Of a DNA stretch of 64,000 nucleotides, positions 41,701 to 53,817 are shown piece by piece. Location of the stretch: NCBI GenBank assembly GCA_964016885.1, contig OZ024744.1, positions 39,246,001-39,310,000 of the forward strand, in the 5' to 3' direction. Under the pieces are notes generated by a model. That model saw nothing but the letters and a program-made list of their open reading frames with translations. It was not told the origin of the DNA and searched no databases. Source of the DNA: Eledone cirrhosa (lineage: Eukaryota). Made by a program: the position numbers and the translations under genes. The stretch's first letter is position 1. Each line of letters begins with the position of its first letter.

Positions 41701-44700
41701 TACACACTATAATGTGGGTGGTGTTAGGAAGGACATCCACTCATATAAACCATGTCTCCAGTACACACTATAAAGTGGGTGGTGTCAGGAAGGACATCCA
41801 GTCACATAAACCATGTCCCCAGTACACACTAAAATGTGGGTGGTGTTAGGAAGGACATCCAGTCATATAAACCGTGTCACCAGTACACACTATAATGTGG
41901 GTGGTGTTAGGAAGGACATCCAGCCATATAAACCATGTCACCAGTACACACTGTAATGTGGTTGGTGTTAGGAAGGACATCCAGGCATATAAACCATGTC
42001 CCCAGTACACACTATAAAGTGGGTGGTGTTAGGAAGGACATCCAGTCATATAAATCATGTCCCCAGTACACACTATAATGTGGGTGGGTTTGGAAGGACA
42101 TCCAGTCATATAAACCATGTCCCCAGTACACACTGTAATGTGGGTGGTGTTAGGAAGGACATCCAGGCATATAAACCATGTCACCAGTACACACTATAAT
42201 GTGGGTGGGTTTGGAAGGACATCCAGTCATATAAACCATGTCTCCAGTACACACTATAATGTGGGTGGTGTTAGGAAGGACATCCAGTCATATAAACCAT
42301 GTCCCCAGTACACACTGTAATGTGGTTGGTGTTAGGAAGGACATCCAGTCATATAAACCATGTCCCCAGTACACACTATAAAGTGGGTGGTGTTAGGAAG
42401 GACATCCAGTCATATAAACCATGTCTCCAGTACACACTATAAAGTGGGTGGTGTTAGGAAGGACATCCAGTCATATAAACCATGTCCCCAGTACACACTA
42501 TAAAGTGGGTGGTGTTAGGAAGGACATCCAGGCATATAAACCATGTCCCCAGTACACACTGTAATGTGGGTGGTGTTAGGAAGGACATCCAATCATATAA
42601 ACCTTGTCCCCAGTACACACTGTAATGTGGTTGGTGTTAGGAAGGACATCCAGTCATATAAACCTTGTCCCCAGTACACACTGTAATGTGGTTGGTGTTA
42701 GGAAGGACATCCCATCATATAAAACATGTCCCCAGTACACACTATAAAGTTGGTCGTGTTAGGAAGGGCATCCAGGCATATAAACCATGTCACCAATACA
42801 CACTGTAATGTGGTTGGTGTTAGGAAGGACATCCAGGCATATAAACCATGTCACCAGTACACACTGTAATGTGGTTGGTGTTAGGAAGGACATCCTGTCA
42901 TATAAACCATGTCCCCAGTACACACTATAATGTAGGTGGTGTTAGGAAGGACATCCAGTCATATAAACCATGTCACCAGTACACACTGTAATGTGGGTGG
43001 TGTTAGGAAGGACATCCAGCCATATAAACCATGTCCCCAGTACACACTATAATGTGGGTGGTGTCAGGAAGGACATCCAGTCATATAAACCATGTCACCG
43101 GTACACACTGTAATGTGGGTGGTGTTAGGAAGGACATCCAGCCATATAAACCATGTCACCAGTACACACTGTAAAGTGGGTGGTGTTAGGAAGGACATCC
43201 AGTCATATAAACCATGTCACCAGTACACACTGTAATGTGGTTGGTGTTAGGAAGGACATCCAGCCATATAAACCATGTCACGAGTACACACTGTAAAGTG
43301 GGTGGTGTTAGGAAGGACATCCAGTCATATAAACCATGTCACCAGTACACACTGTAATGTGGGTGGTGTTAGGAAGGACATCCAGTCATATAAACCATGT
43401 CTCCAGTACACACTATAAAGTGGGTGGTGTTAGGAAGGACATCCAGGCATATAAACCATGTCCCCAGTACACACTATAAAGTGGGTGGTGTTAGGAAGGA
43501 CATCCCATCATATAAACCATGTCCCCAGTACACACTATAAAATGGGTGGTGTTAGGAAGGACATCCAGTCATATAAACCATGTCCCCAGTACACACTATA
43601 ATGTGGGTGGCGTTAGGAAGGACATCCAGCCATATAAACCATGTCACCAGTACACACTATAATGTGGGTGGTGTTAGGAAGGACATCCAGCCATATAAAC
43701 CATGTCACCAGTACACACTATAATGTGGGTGGTGTTAGGAAGGACATCCAGCCATATAAACCATGTCACCAGTAGACACTGTAATGTGGTTGGTGTTAGG
43801 AAGGACATCCAGGCATATAAACCATATCCCCGGTACACACTATAATGTGGGTGGCGTTAGGAAGGACATCCAACCATATAAACCATGTCACCAGTACACA
43901 CTATAATGTGGGTGGTGTTAGGAAGGACATCCAGGCATATAAACCATGTCCCCAGTACACACTATAAAGTGGGTGGTGTTAGGAAGGACATCCAGTCATA
44001 TAAACCATGTCCCCAGTACACACTGTAACGTGGGTGGTGTTAGGAAGGACATCCAGTCATATAAACCATGTCACCAGTACACACTGTAAAGTGGGTGGTG
44101 TTAGGAAGTACATCCAGTCATATAAACCATGTCACCAGTACACACTATAATGTGGGTGGTGTTAGGAAGGACATCCAGTCATATAAACCATGTCACCAGT
44201 ACACACTGTAAAGTGGGTGGTGTTAGGAAGGACATCCAGTCATATAAACCATGTCACCACTACACACTATAATGTGGGTGGTGTTAGGAAGGACATCCAG
44301 TCATATAAACCATGTCACCAGTACACACTGTAAAGTGGGTGTTGTTAGGAAGGACATCCAGTCATATAAACCATGTCCCCAGTACACACTATAAAGTGGG
44401 TGGTGTTAGGAAGGACATCCAGGCATATAAACCATGTCCCCAGTACACACTGTAATGTGGTTGGTGTTAGGAAGGACATCCAGTCATATAAACCATGTCC
44501 CCAGTACACACTGTAATGTGGGTGGTGTTAGGAAGGACATCCAGTCATATAAACCATGTCTCCAGTACACACTATAAAGTGGGTGGTGTTAGGAAGGACA
44601 TCCAGGCATATAAACCATGTCCCCAGTACACACTATAAAGTGGGTGGTGTTAGGAAGGACATCCTGTCATATAAACCATGTCCCCAGTACACACTAAAAT

Positions 44701-47700
44701 GTGGGTGGTATTAGGAAGGACATCCAGTCATATAAACCATGTCACCAGTACACACTATAATGTGGGTGGTGTTTGGAAGGACATCCAGCCATATAAACCA
44801 TGTCACCAGTACACACTGTAATGTGGTTGGTGTTAGGAAGGACATCAAGGCATATAAACCATGTCCCCAGTACACACTATAAAGTGGGTGGTGTTAGGAA
44901 GGACATCCAGTCATATAAATCATGTCCCCAGTACACACTATAATGTGGGTGGGTTTGGAAGGACATCCAGTCATATAAACCATGTCCCCAGTACACACTG
45001 TAATGTGGGTGGTGTTAGGAAGGACATCCAGTCATATAAACCATGTCCCCAGTACACACTGTAATGTGGTTGGTGTTAGGAAGGACTATCCAGTCATATA
45101 AACCATGTCCCCAGTACACACTATAATGTGGGTGGTGTTAGGAAGGACATCCAGGCATATAAACCATGTCCCCAGTACACACTATAAAATGGGTGGTGTT
45201 AGGAAGGACATCCAGTCATATAAACCATGTCCCCAGTACACACTGTAATGTGGTTGGTGTTAGGAAGGACATCCAGTCATATAAACCATGTCCCCAGTAC
45301 ACACTATAATGTGGGTGGTGTTAGGAAGGACATCCAGTCATATAAACCATGTCCCCAGTACACACTGTAATGTGGGTGGTGTTAGGAAGGACATCCAGGC
45401 ATATAAACCATGTCCCCAGTACACACTATAAAGTGGGTGGTGTTAGGAAAGACATCCAGGCATATAAACCATGTCACCAGTACACACTATAAAGTGGGTG
45501 GTGTTAGGAAGGACATCCAGTCATATAAACCATGTCACCAGTACACACTGTAATGTGGTTGGTGTTAGGAAGGACATCCAGTCATATAAACCATGTCCCC
45601 AGTACACACTATGAAGTGGGTGGTGTTAGGAAGGACATCCAACCATATAAACCATGTCCCCAGTACACACTATAATGTGGGTGGCGTTAGGAAGGACATC
45701 CAGCCATATAAACTATGTCACCAGTACACACTATAATGTGGGTGGCGTTAGGAAGGACATCCAACCATATAAACCATGTCACCAGTACACACTATAATGT
45801 GGGTGGTGTTAGGAAGGACATCCAGTCATATAAACCATGTCCCCAGTACACACTGTAATGTGGTTGGTGTTAGGAAGGACATCCAGGCATATAAACCATG
45901 TCCCCAGTACACACTATAAAGTGGGTGGTGTTAGGAAGGACATCCAGTCATATAAACCTTGTCCCCAGTACACACTGTAATGTGGTTGGTGTTAGGAAGG
46001 ACATCCAGTCATATAAACCATGTCACCAGTACACACTGTAACGTGGGTGGTGTTAGGAAGGACATCCAGGCATATAAACCATGTCACCAGTACACACTGT
46101 AATGTGGGTGGTGTCAGGAAGGACATCCAGTCATATAAACCATGTCACCAGTACACACTGTAATGTGGGTGGTGTCAGGAAGGACATCCAGTCATATAAA
46201 CCATGTCACCAGTACACACTGTAATGTGGGTGGTGTCAGGAAGGACATCCAGTCATATAAACCATGTCACCAGTACACACTGTAATGTGGGTGGTGTCAG
46301 GAAGGACATCCAGTCATATAAACCATGTCCCCAGTACACACTGTAATGTGGGTGGTGTCAGGAAGGACATCCAGTCATATAAACCATGTCACCAGTACAC
46401 ACTATAAAGTGGGTGGTGTTAGGAAGGACATCCAGTCATATAAACCATGTCACCAGTACACACTGTAATGTGGGTGGTGTTAGGAAGGACATCCAGGCAT
46501 ATAAACCATGTCCCCAGTACACACTATAAAGTGGTTGGTGTTAGGAAGGACATCCAGGCATATAAACCATGTCCCCAGTACACACTATAATGTGGGTGGT
46601 GTCAGGAAGGACATCCAGGCATATAAACCATGTCCCCAGTACACACTGTAATGTGGGTGGTGTCAGGAAGGACATCCAGTCATATAAACCATGTCCCCAG
46701 TACACACTATAAAGTGGTTGGTGTTAGGAAGGACATCCCATCATATAAACCATGTCCCCAGTACACACTATAAAGTGGGTGGTGTTAGGAAGGACATCCA
46801 GGCATATAAACCATGTCCCCAGTACACACTGTAATGTGGTTGGTGTTAGGAAGGACATCCAGTCATATAAACCATGTCACCAGTACACACTGTAATGTGG
46901 GTGGTGTTAGGAAGGACATCCAGGCATATAAACCATGTCCCCAGTACACACTGTAATGTGGTTGGTGTTAGGAAGGACATCCAGTCATATAAACCATGTC
47001 ACCAGTACACACTGTAATGTGGGTGGTGTCAGGAAGGACATCCAGTCATATAAACCATGTCCCCAGTACACACTGTAATGTGGTTGGTGTTAGGAAGGAC
47101 ATCCAGGCATATAAACCATGTCCCCAGTACACACTATAAAGTGGGTGGTGTTAGGAAGGACATCCAGGCATATAAACCATGTCCCCAGTACACACTGTAA
47201 TGTGGTTGGTGTTAGGAAGGACATCCAGTCATATAAACCATGTCACCAGTACACACTGTAATGTGGGTGGTGTTAGGAAGGACATCCAGGCATATAAACC
47301 ATGTCCCCAGTACACACTATAAAGTGGGTGGTGTTAGGAAGGACATCCAGGCATATAAACCATGTCCCCAGTACACACTGTAATGTGGTTGGTGTTAGGA
47401 AGGACATTCAGTCATATAAACCATGTCCCCAGTACACACTGTAACGTGGGTGGTGTTAGGAAGGACATCCAGTCATATAAACCATGTCCCCAGTACACAC
47501 TATAATGTGGGTGGTGTTAGGAAGGACATCCAGTCATATAAACCATGTCCCCAGTACACACTATAAAGTGGATGTGTTAGGAAGGACATCCAGTCATATA
47601 AACCATGTCCCCAGTACACACTATAAAGTGGGTGGTGTTAGGAAGGACATCCAGTCATATAAACCATATCCCCAGTACACACTGTAATGTGGGTGGTGTT

Positions 47701-48450
47701 AGGAAGGACATCTAGTCATATAAACCATGTCACCAGTACACACTGTAATGTGGGTGGTGTTAGGAAGGACATCCCATCATATAAACCATGTCACCAGTAC
47801 ACACTGTAATGTGGGTGGTGTTAGGAAGGACATCCCATCATATAAACCATGTCCCCAGTACACACTGTAATGTGGGTGGTGTTAGGAAGGACATCCCATT
47901 ATATAAACCATGTCCCCAGTACACACTGTAATGTAGGTCGTGTCAGGAAGGACATCCAGTCATATAAACCATGTCCCCAGTACACACTATAATGTGGGTG
48001 GTGTTAGGAAGGACATCCAGTCATATAAACCATGTCCCCAGTACACACTATAATGTGGGTGGTGTTAGGAAGGACATCCAGTCATATAAACCATGTCCCC
48101 AGTACACACTGTAATGTGGGTGGTGATAGGAAGGACATCCAGGCATATAAACCATGTCTCCAGTACACACTGTAAAGTGGGTGGTGTTAGGAAGGACATC
48201 CAGGCATATAAACCATGTCACCAGTACACACTATAAAGTGGGTGGTGTCAGGAAGGACATCCCATCATATAAACCATGTCCCCAGTACACACTGTAATGT
48301 GGGTGGTGTTAGGAAGGACATCCAGTCATATAAACCATGTCACCAGTACACACTATAAAGTGGGTGGTGTTAGGAAGGACATCCAGCCATAGCAACCATG
48401 TCTCCAGTACAGACTGCAATGTGTTTGTTGTTAGGAAAAATATCCAGTTT
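35712..48450. repeat. 61-bp tandem satellite, ~208 units (~12.7 kb), derived from a dispersed retroelement
   Basis: Consensus AACCATGTC(C/A)CCAGTACACACT(A/G)TAA(A/T)GTGGGTGGTGTTAGGAAGGACATCCAG(T/G)CATATA; homologous single copies at 2941, 49650, 52252, 52580 (-) and 58600. Confidence 0.99.
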
Positions 48451-48611
48451 TAAAAATCAAGCCAAAAATGTAACATATGTGCAAGACATGGTTACCTGAT
48501 TTGTCCAGCCTTAGAAAGTGACAACCTATGCAAGAATGGAAAATAGATGTTAAACCAGTGGTGGCTGCAGTGGGGGTGGTGTACATTATACACAGCTATT
48601 CACACTACATA

Positions 48612-48803
48612 TGAAGGTAATCTGAAAAGTTCATAGGCTGACTGTGAATGAGCGATGCTAGGGCTGTGAAATCTTGCATGCATTAATTTCAACTCTTCTT
48701 ATTAATACTTGCATGTTTTTCTTTCTATGTTGAAAAATAAACTTCATTTGGCCATTCCATGAGAGTATCTTGGTCAGTCTATGAACATTTCAGCTGACCC
48801 TCA
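48612..48803 (+). mobile_element. Tc1/mariner-like MITE, copy 1
   Basis: TIRs tgaaggtaatctgaaaagttcataggctgac / gtcagtctatgaacatttcagctgaccctca; preceded by TA; second copy at 51249. Confidence 0.8.
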
Positions 48804-48810
48804 TTCACAC

Positions 48811-49480
48811 TCTTCAATGTTATATATACGTTATACAGTGCTATAGACATTATACAATGTTATATACACTCTACAATGTTATATATACGTTATACAGTGC
48901 TATGGACATTATACAATATTATACACACTCTACAATGCTATATATATGTTATACAGTACTATAGACATTATACAATGTTATACACACTCTACAATTCTAT
49001 ATATACGTTATACAGTGCTATAGACATTATACAATGTTATACACACTCTACAAGAGGGCGGTGGATTGGCAGTATCAGTAGAGGGTCGGACGCCATGCTT
49101 TGCAGCACAGTTACGTCCTTTTACGGATTGAGTTCAAATCCCGCCGAGATTAACTTTGCCTTTCATCCTTACGGGGTCGATAAAATAAAGTACCAGTAAT
49201 ACACTGGAGTAATTGCTGGCCTTGTGCCAAAAGTAGAAAGTTATATACACTCTACAATGTTATATATATGTTATACAGTGCTATATACATTATACAATGT
49301 TATATACACTCTACAATGCTATATATATGTTATACAGTGCTATAGACATTATACAATGTTATACACACTCTACAATGCTATATAGACGTTATACAGTGCT
49401 ATAGACATTATACAATGCTATATACACTCTACAATGCTATATAGATATTATACAATGTTATACACACTATATATCAATGT
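48811..49480. repeat. 59-bp minisatellite (~8 units) interrupted by a SINE
   Basis: Unit ctacaatgttatatatacgttatacagtgctatagacattatacaatgttatatacact, starting at 48871, 48930 and onward. Confidence 0.93.
49054..49239 (+). mobile_element. SINE, relatively young, with 18-bp TSD
   Basis: gagttcaaatccc B-box and body aactttgcctttcatccttacggggtcgataaaataaagtaccag; TSD gttatacacactctacaa (49036-49053) / gttatatacactctacaa (49240-49257); CpGs retained. Confidence 0.9.
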
Positions 49481-49699
49481 AAATAGCATGGATGTGTGAT
49501 TAAGAAGTTTGCTTTACATTTCTGTGGTTTCTGGTTTGACCCCACATCAGTTAAGTGACCTCTACTGTAGTCTCACATTGATCAAAGTCATATGATCAAA
49601 GAAATATAGTAGACAGAGAATATGTGGTAGTCTCTTTGAGAGAAATAGGATGCTAGGGCATCCAGCTGTAGAAACCATGCCAAAAATTGAACCTGGGAT

Positions 49700-49732
<33 letters not shown>

Positions 49733-49810
49733 ATGCGTGTATAGGTATATATCTATATATATATATATATTTATTAGTCTTCACATTTATTATTATTACT
49801 ATATATATAT

Positions 49811-50186
49811 ATATTGAAAGGATTAACAAGGACGATTGGTTACTCCTTCATTACATTTATTGGTAGGTGACGCACGTTTCGCCACTGATCAGCTCAAGGT
49901 TCGATCTGTATTGATCTTACCCGACTCAATAATCGGCAGCTTGACGGACCCTTTAAAATGGTATTCCACCAATCAAAACAATTCATATTGACCAACATAT
50001 GAACTTCTGACATTATCATATAGCATGTATTCATTTTCTATTAGCATTTTAAGGGGTCCGTCGAGCTGCCGATTATAGAGTCGGGTAAGATCGATACAGA
50101 TCGAACCTTGAGCTGATCAGTGGCGAAACGCGCGTCAATAAATGTAATGAAGGAGTAATCAATCATCCTTGTTATCCTTTCAATAT
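49811..50186. mobile_element. Long inverted repeat (~145-bp arms, ~85-bp spacer), PLE-like pseudo-LTR palindrome with hammerhead-like motif
   Basis: 49811-49960 is the reverse complement of 50045-50186; contains cttgagCTGATCAgtggcGAAACgcgcGTCaataaa. Confidence 0.75.
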
Positions 50187-50342
50187 ATTACACTCTGTAT
50201 AGCTCTACACCTCAACACAGAAGTGAACCTAAACATCGAGTGCTCTCCCAAGTGAACCTGCAGTAACTCCAAGTTACACTCCCTAGATATATATATATTA
50301 TCATTATCATTTTAACAGCTGCTTTCCCTGCTAGAAAGGGTT

Positions 50343-50347
<5 letters not shown>

Positions 50348-50392
<45 letters not shown>
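50348..50392. repeat. (TA)n microsatellite
   Basis: Directly visible. Confidence 0.9.
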
Positions 50393-50395
<3 letters not shown>

Positions 50396-50874
50396 TCAAA
50401 CACATGGGTGTGTGAATATGTGTTTATTCATTCATACATTTATGGCATCTTATTTCAATTCATCCACATTTGGTTTTGTTTTATTTCATTTATTTTTTAA
50501 ATATTTGTTTTATATATTTAGTTACTCAGAATATACACCACATAGTGTTTGACAATCAATCTACTTGAGTTATTTCTCGCCCATTGTCAGTTGGTGAAAA
50601 CAAATACCAACACATGTATGTGCATGTAAACACACATACACATTTATACATGATATACACATGTGAAACAAGCCAACAAGGAAGTATTTGGGGGTATAGG
50701 CGCTCTCTGCTAGAAATAGGAGCCAACTCTTCCTCAAATCACGTTGACCCATCTTAAAAATAAATGTAGAAATTCATACTAGATATGTTATACTTGTGGG
50801 AAAAACTGGGTTTGATGAATTTATGCTGACTTGGGGATTAAACAACACTATCAACACCATCACCATTATTAATG

Positions 50875-51065
50875 AGGAGGGGGTGAATTGACAGTATCGG
50901 TAGAGGACTGGACGCCATGCATTTCAGCATAGAGCTATGCCCCTTTACGGTCTGAGTTCAAATCCCGCTGAGGTTAACTTTGTCTTTTATCCTTACGGGG
51001 TTGATAAAATAAAGTACCAGTAATGCACTGAGATAATTGCTGGCCTTGTGCCAAAAGAAGAAACA
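50875..51065 (+). mobile_element. SINE (same family as 49054)
   Basis: Aligns end to end with 49054-49239; TSD attattaatg (50865-50874 / 51066-51075). Confidence 0.9.
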
Positions 51066-51248
51066 ATTATTAATGGGGATATTCCTATGTAAGCCCTTGA
51101 CCTACTAGAAACAACAGCCAAATGTCCCTTATCCAAAGTGTTAAAGAGTAAAAATACATTGGTCTGACCCATGCAAGTAGGGAAAAATGGACGTTAAACG
51201 GTGGTGCTGCTGCTGATGATGACATTGGATAATGAAGTCCTTTATATA

Positions 51249-51428
51249 CAAGGGTTAGTTGAATTCATAAGCTGACCGAGATATTTTCATGGAATGACCA
51301 AATGAGGTTTATTTTTCAACATAGTCCCTGTGCAGTTATTAATAAGATGAGTTGAAATTAATGCATGCTAGATTTGATAGCTCTAGCATCACTGCTTCAT
51401 AGTCTATGAACTTTTCAGTGCACCCTCA
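51249..51428 (-). mobile_element. Tc1/mariner-like MITE, copy 2 (opposite orientation)
   Basis: Internal sequence is the reverse complement of 48612-48803 (gagttgaaattaatgcatgc, tttatttttcaacatag). Confidence 0.8.
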
Positions 51429-51619
51429 TGTACACAATATGACTGAAGAAAATTGAGGACATAGGATAGTCATGGCTGCAACAATGCTTTTTTTTCATAG
51501 GTCTGCTTAGATATGATATGAGCTGATATTAAGTTAAACAATAAAAACAATATTCAAAATAAACATGTTTTGGGGTGGTGCAAATATTTCTGTTGCCATG
51601 CTCTTATATATAAGCAAAT

Positions 51620-51750
51620 TTACAGAGTTGTTAGAAAATCAAATAGAATGTTCTGCAGGATTTTTACATTCTGAGTTTAAATCTCGCTGAGGTCAATTTG
51701 CCTTTTTGTCTTTTACAACTTATAAAAAACCATTTTAATACTGAAGTTGA
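51620..51750 (+). mobile_element. Old degenerate SINE (49054 family)
   Basis: ctgagtttaaatctcgctgaggtcaatttgcctttt. Confidence 0.55.
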
Positions 51751-52589
51751 GGTAGTGAAGAGCAACCATAAGAAACTAAGCCTCACAACTGAAATGACAA
51801 AGGGTTGAAAGGACTGACATTATGCTGTGATGATGAAGACCCTACCATAAGAGAGCAACACAATATGACATGACCCTTCCATGTGTCCTCATTCCTTTCC
51901 ACTAGCACTCCCCAGCAGCTATCCTCACTGCCACTGAACATTCCCCTCGAACCACTCCTTAGCTACTCACCCCTAAATACCCTCATTATTGCACCCTTGT
52001 GCATCCCCTCTACCCATTACCTACTTCTCCATCACTGCTGCCCCACTCACAATCTAATGACCACATCCCCTCCTCATACTCATTGTCCTGCCAAATTACC
52101 ACATACACTATAAATTCATACTTATCTCCCTCCCCTTTTAACCGTCTTGCAGCAGATAGGGCTGTAGTGGTGTGGACCAACAACCTCTCTGACAGTACCA
52201 TAGAAATGCACCTCTTCAGTTGTGTCAATGACACAACAATCCCTACATGATAAAAGCACTCAATACATGCTGGAAAGTGGTTGGTGATAAGATGGGCATC
52301 AAGCTGTAGAAAGCTTATCAAATGAAAGGTTGGGAAGGCCTACCAGTTGTCAACATTACGACAACCTGGTGTAACAATAAAATGTACTTGGTAGAATCTG
52401 GAGTCTTATCTAAATGAGATGTGAACCCACAGCCTGTCTGGGAGGTCTGTGAATGAAGACATGTCCAATCCATGCTAGCAAACAAAGTAGATGTGAAATG
52501 ATGATGATGGGTTATCCCATTAGGGGCAAGGTGGGTCAGGTGGCCATGTCTTGCTCATATAGAACTGTTTCTGGCTAGGTTTCTTCCTA

Positions 52590-52952
52590 ACGCCAACCAC
52601 ATTTACAGAGTGGGCTGGATGCTTTTTGTCGTGACACCCGCATGATCACTTTACAGAGTGGGCTGGGTGCTTTTTGTCACGACACCTACATGACCACTTT
52701 ACAGTGTGGGCTGGGTGCTTTTTGTTGTGACACTTACATGACCACTTTACAGTGTGGACTGGGTGCTTTTTGTTGTGACACCTACATGACCACTTTATAG
52801 TGTGGACTGGGTGCTTTTTGTTGTGACACTTACATGACCACTTTACAGTGTGGACTGGGTGCTTTTTGTTGTGACACCTACATGATCACTTTACAGTGTG
52901 GACTGGGTGCTTTTTGTTGTGACACCTACACGACCACTTTATAGTGTGGGCT
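52590..52952 (-). repeat. 48-bp minisatellite (~7.5 units) derived from the same dispersed element as the 61-bp satellite
   Basis: Unit catgaccactttacagtgtggactgggtgctttttgttgtgacaccta at 52641, 52689, 52737 and onward; reverse complement contains aaaaagcacccagtccacactgtaaagtgg. Confidence 0.92.
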
Positions 52953-52980
52953 ATATATATATATATAATTCAAATACTGA

Positions 52981-53048
52981 ATTAATGTCCTGACAAAACT
53001 TCAGTGTTACCTGGCAATAGTGAAGTTGAAACACATGAAGGCATTAAT
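52981..53048 (+). ncRNA. Decayed type I hammerhead ribozyme
   Basis: Stem I attaatgtc/ggcattaat (9 bp, one G-U); core CTGACAA; stem II aacttca/tgaagtt (7 bp); GAAA; stem III C-acat-G; followed by AATAAA. Confidence 0.65.
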
Positions 53049-53627
53049 AAAATTATTTGAGTACCTCTTGTTTTGTTAATCAATTTTAAAATTACACACT
53101 CACAATTTTCAAAAGAAAACATTGGCAGTGATTTCAAAATTTTCTTATACACTCCTCACTGACCACTCAAAAGATATAGACTGGGTTAGTGACTCAGTCA
53201 AACAGCTAACAACAACAACAACAACACCAAAATAATTATGTTGTATCTCTAAACTCTCTCAAAATGTTTAGTTTAAACGCTGTCAAATCTAATTGTTTTG
53301 AAAAAGATAAATTAAAGGATAGGCGCTACAAAGAAAGCTTTAAGCGATACTCTGACCAACTCCAAGGAACTTCAAACATCACTGGTGACAACTCGCTATA
53401 TTATACTAAAAGAAGAGAAATAAATAAAGAAATATATAGAAATATATATTTTTGTAAATAAGACAATAGAACCGTGTGGAAATGGAAGCACCAATTGAAA
53501 CATAAGTTTTAAATCTCCGAAGCCGTTTATGAAAGTATTGAAGAAGACAAGAAAACACACTTCGATCTTCCGACGTGGAAGAGGCTCCTATCAGAAGAAA
53601 CCGTCACCGAATCATCATTTTTCTTAC

Positions 53628-53670
53628 CTGTTGTACAAACCTGGCTGGACACAGAACACTGCACAAACAT
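53628..53670 (-). other. Candidate short first exon in a CpG-retaining zone
   Basis: Minus strand ATG TTT GTG CAG...ACA ACA G|GTAAGA with a strong donor; local CpG enrichment. No homology evidence. Confidence 0.25.
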
Positions 53671-53700
53671 TCTAATAGTTCTATAGAGTTATGAAATAAT

Positions 53701-53817
53701 TGTTTCTACTTTAGGCACAAGGCCAGCAATTAGCCAGTACATTACTGGTACTTTATTTTATCGACCCCGTAAGGATGAAAGGCAAAGTTAACCTCGGCGG
53801 GATTTGAACTCAGACTG
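53701..53817 (-). mobile_element. 5'-truncated SINE (49054 family) with 11-bp TSD
   Basis: Reverse complement of the 3' part of 49054-49239; TSD tatgaaataat (53690-53700 / 53818-53828). Confidence 0.9.

Noticed and set aside
35712-48450. Telomeric repeat (TTAGG) or tandem TATA-box promoters (TATAAA) in the 61-mer
   Set aside because: One TTAGG per 61 bp, not tandem, and inherited from the parent retroelement; TATAAA is expected in AT-rich sequence and has no supporting context.
52590-52952. Relationship to the 22-kb satellite because both have a 48-bp period
   Set aside because: The monomers do not align; the equal period appears coincidental.
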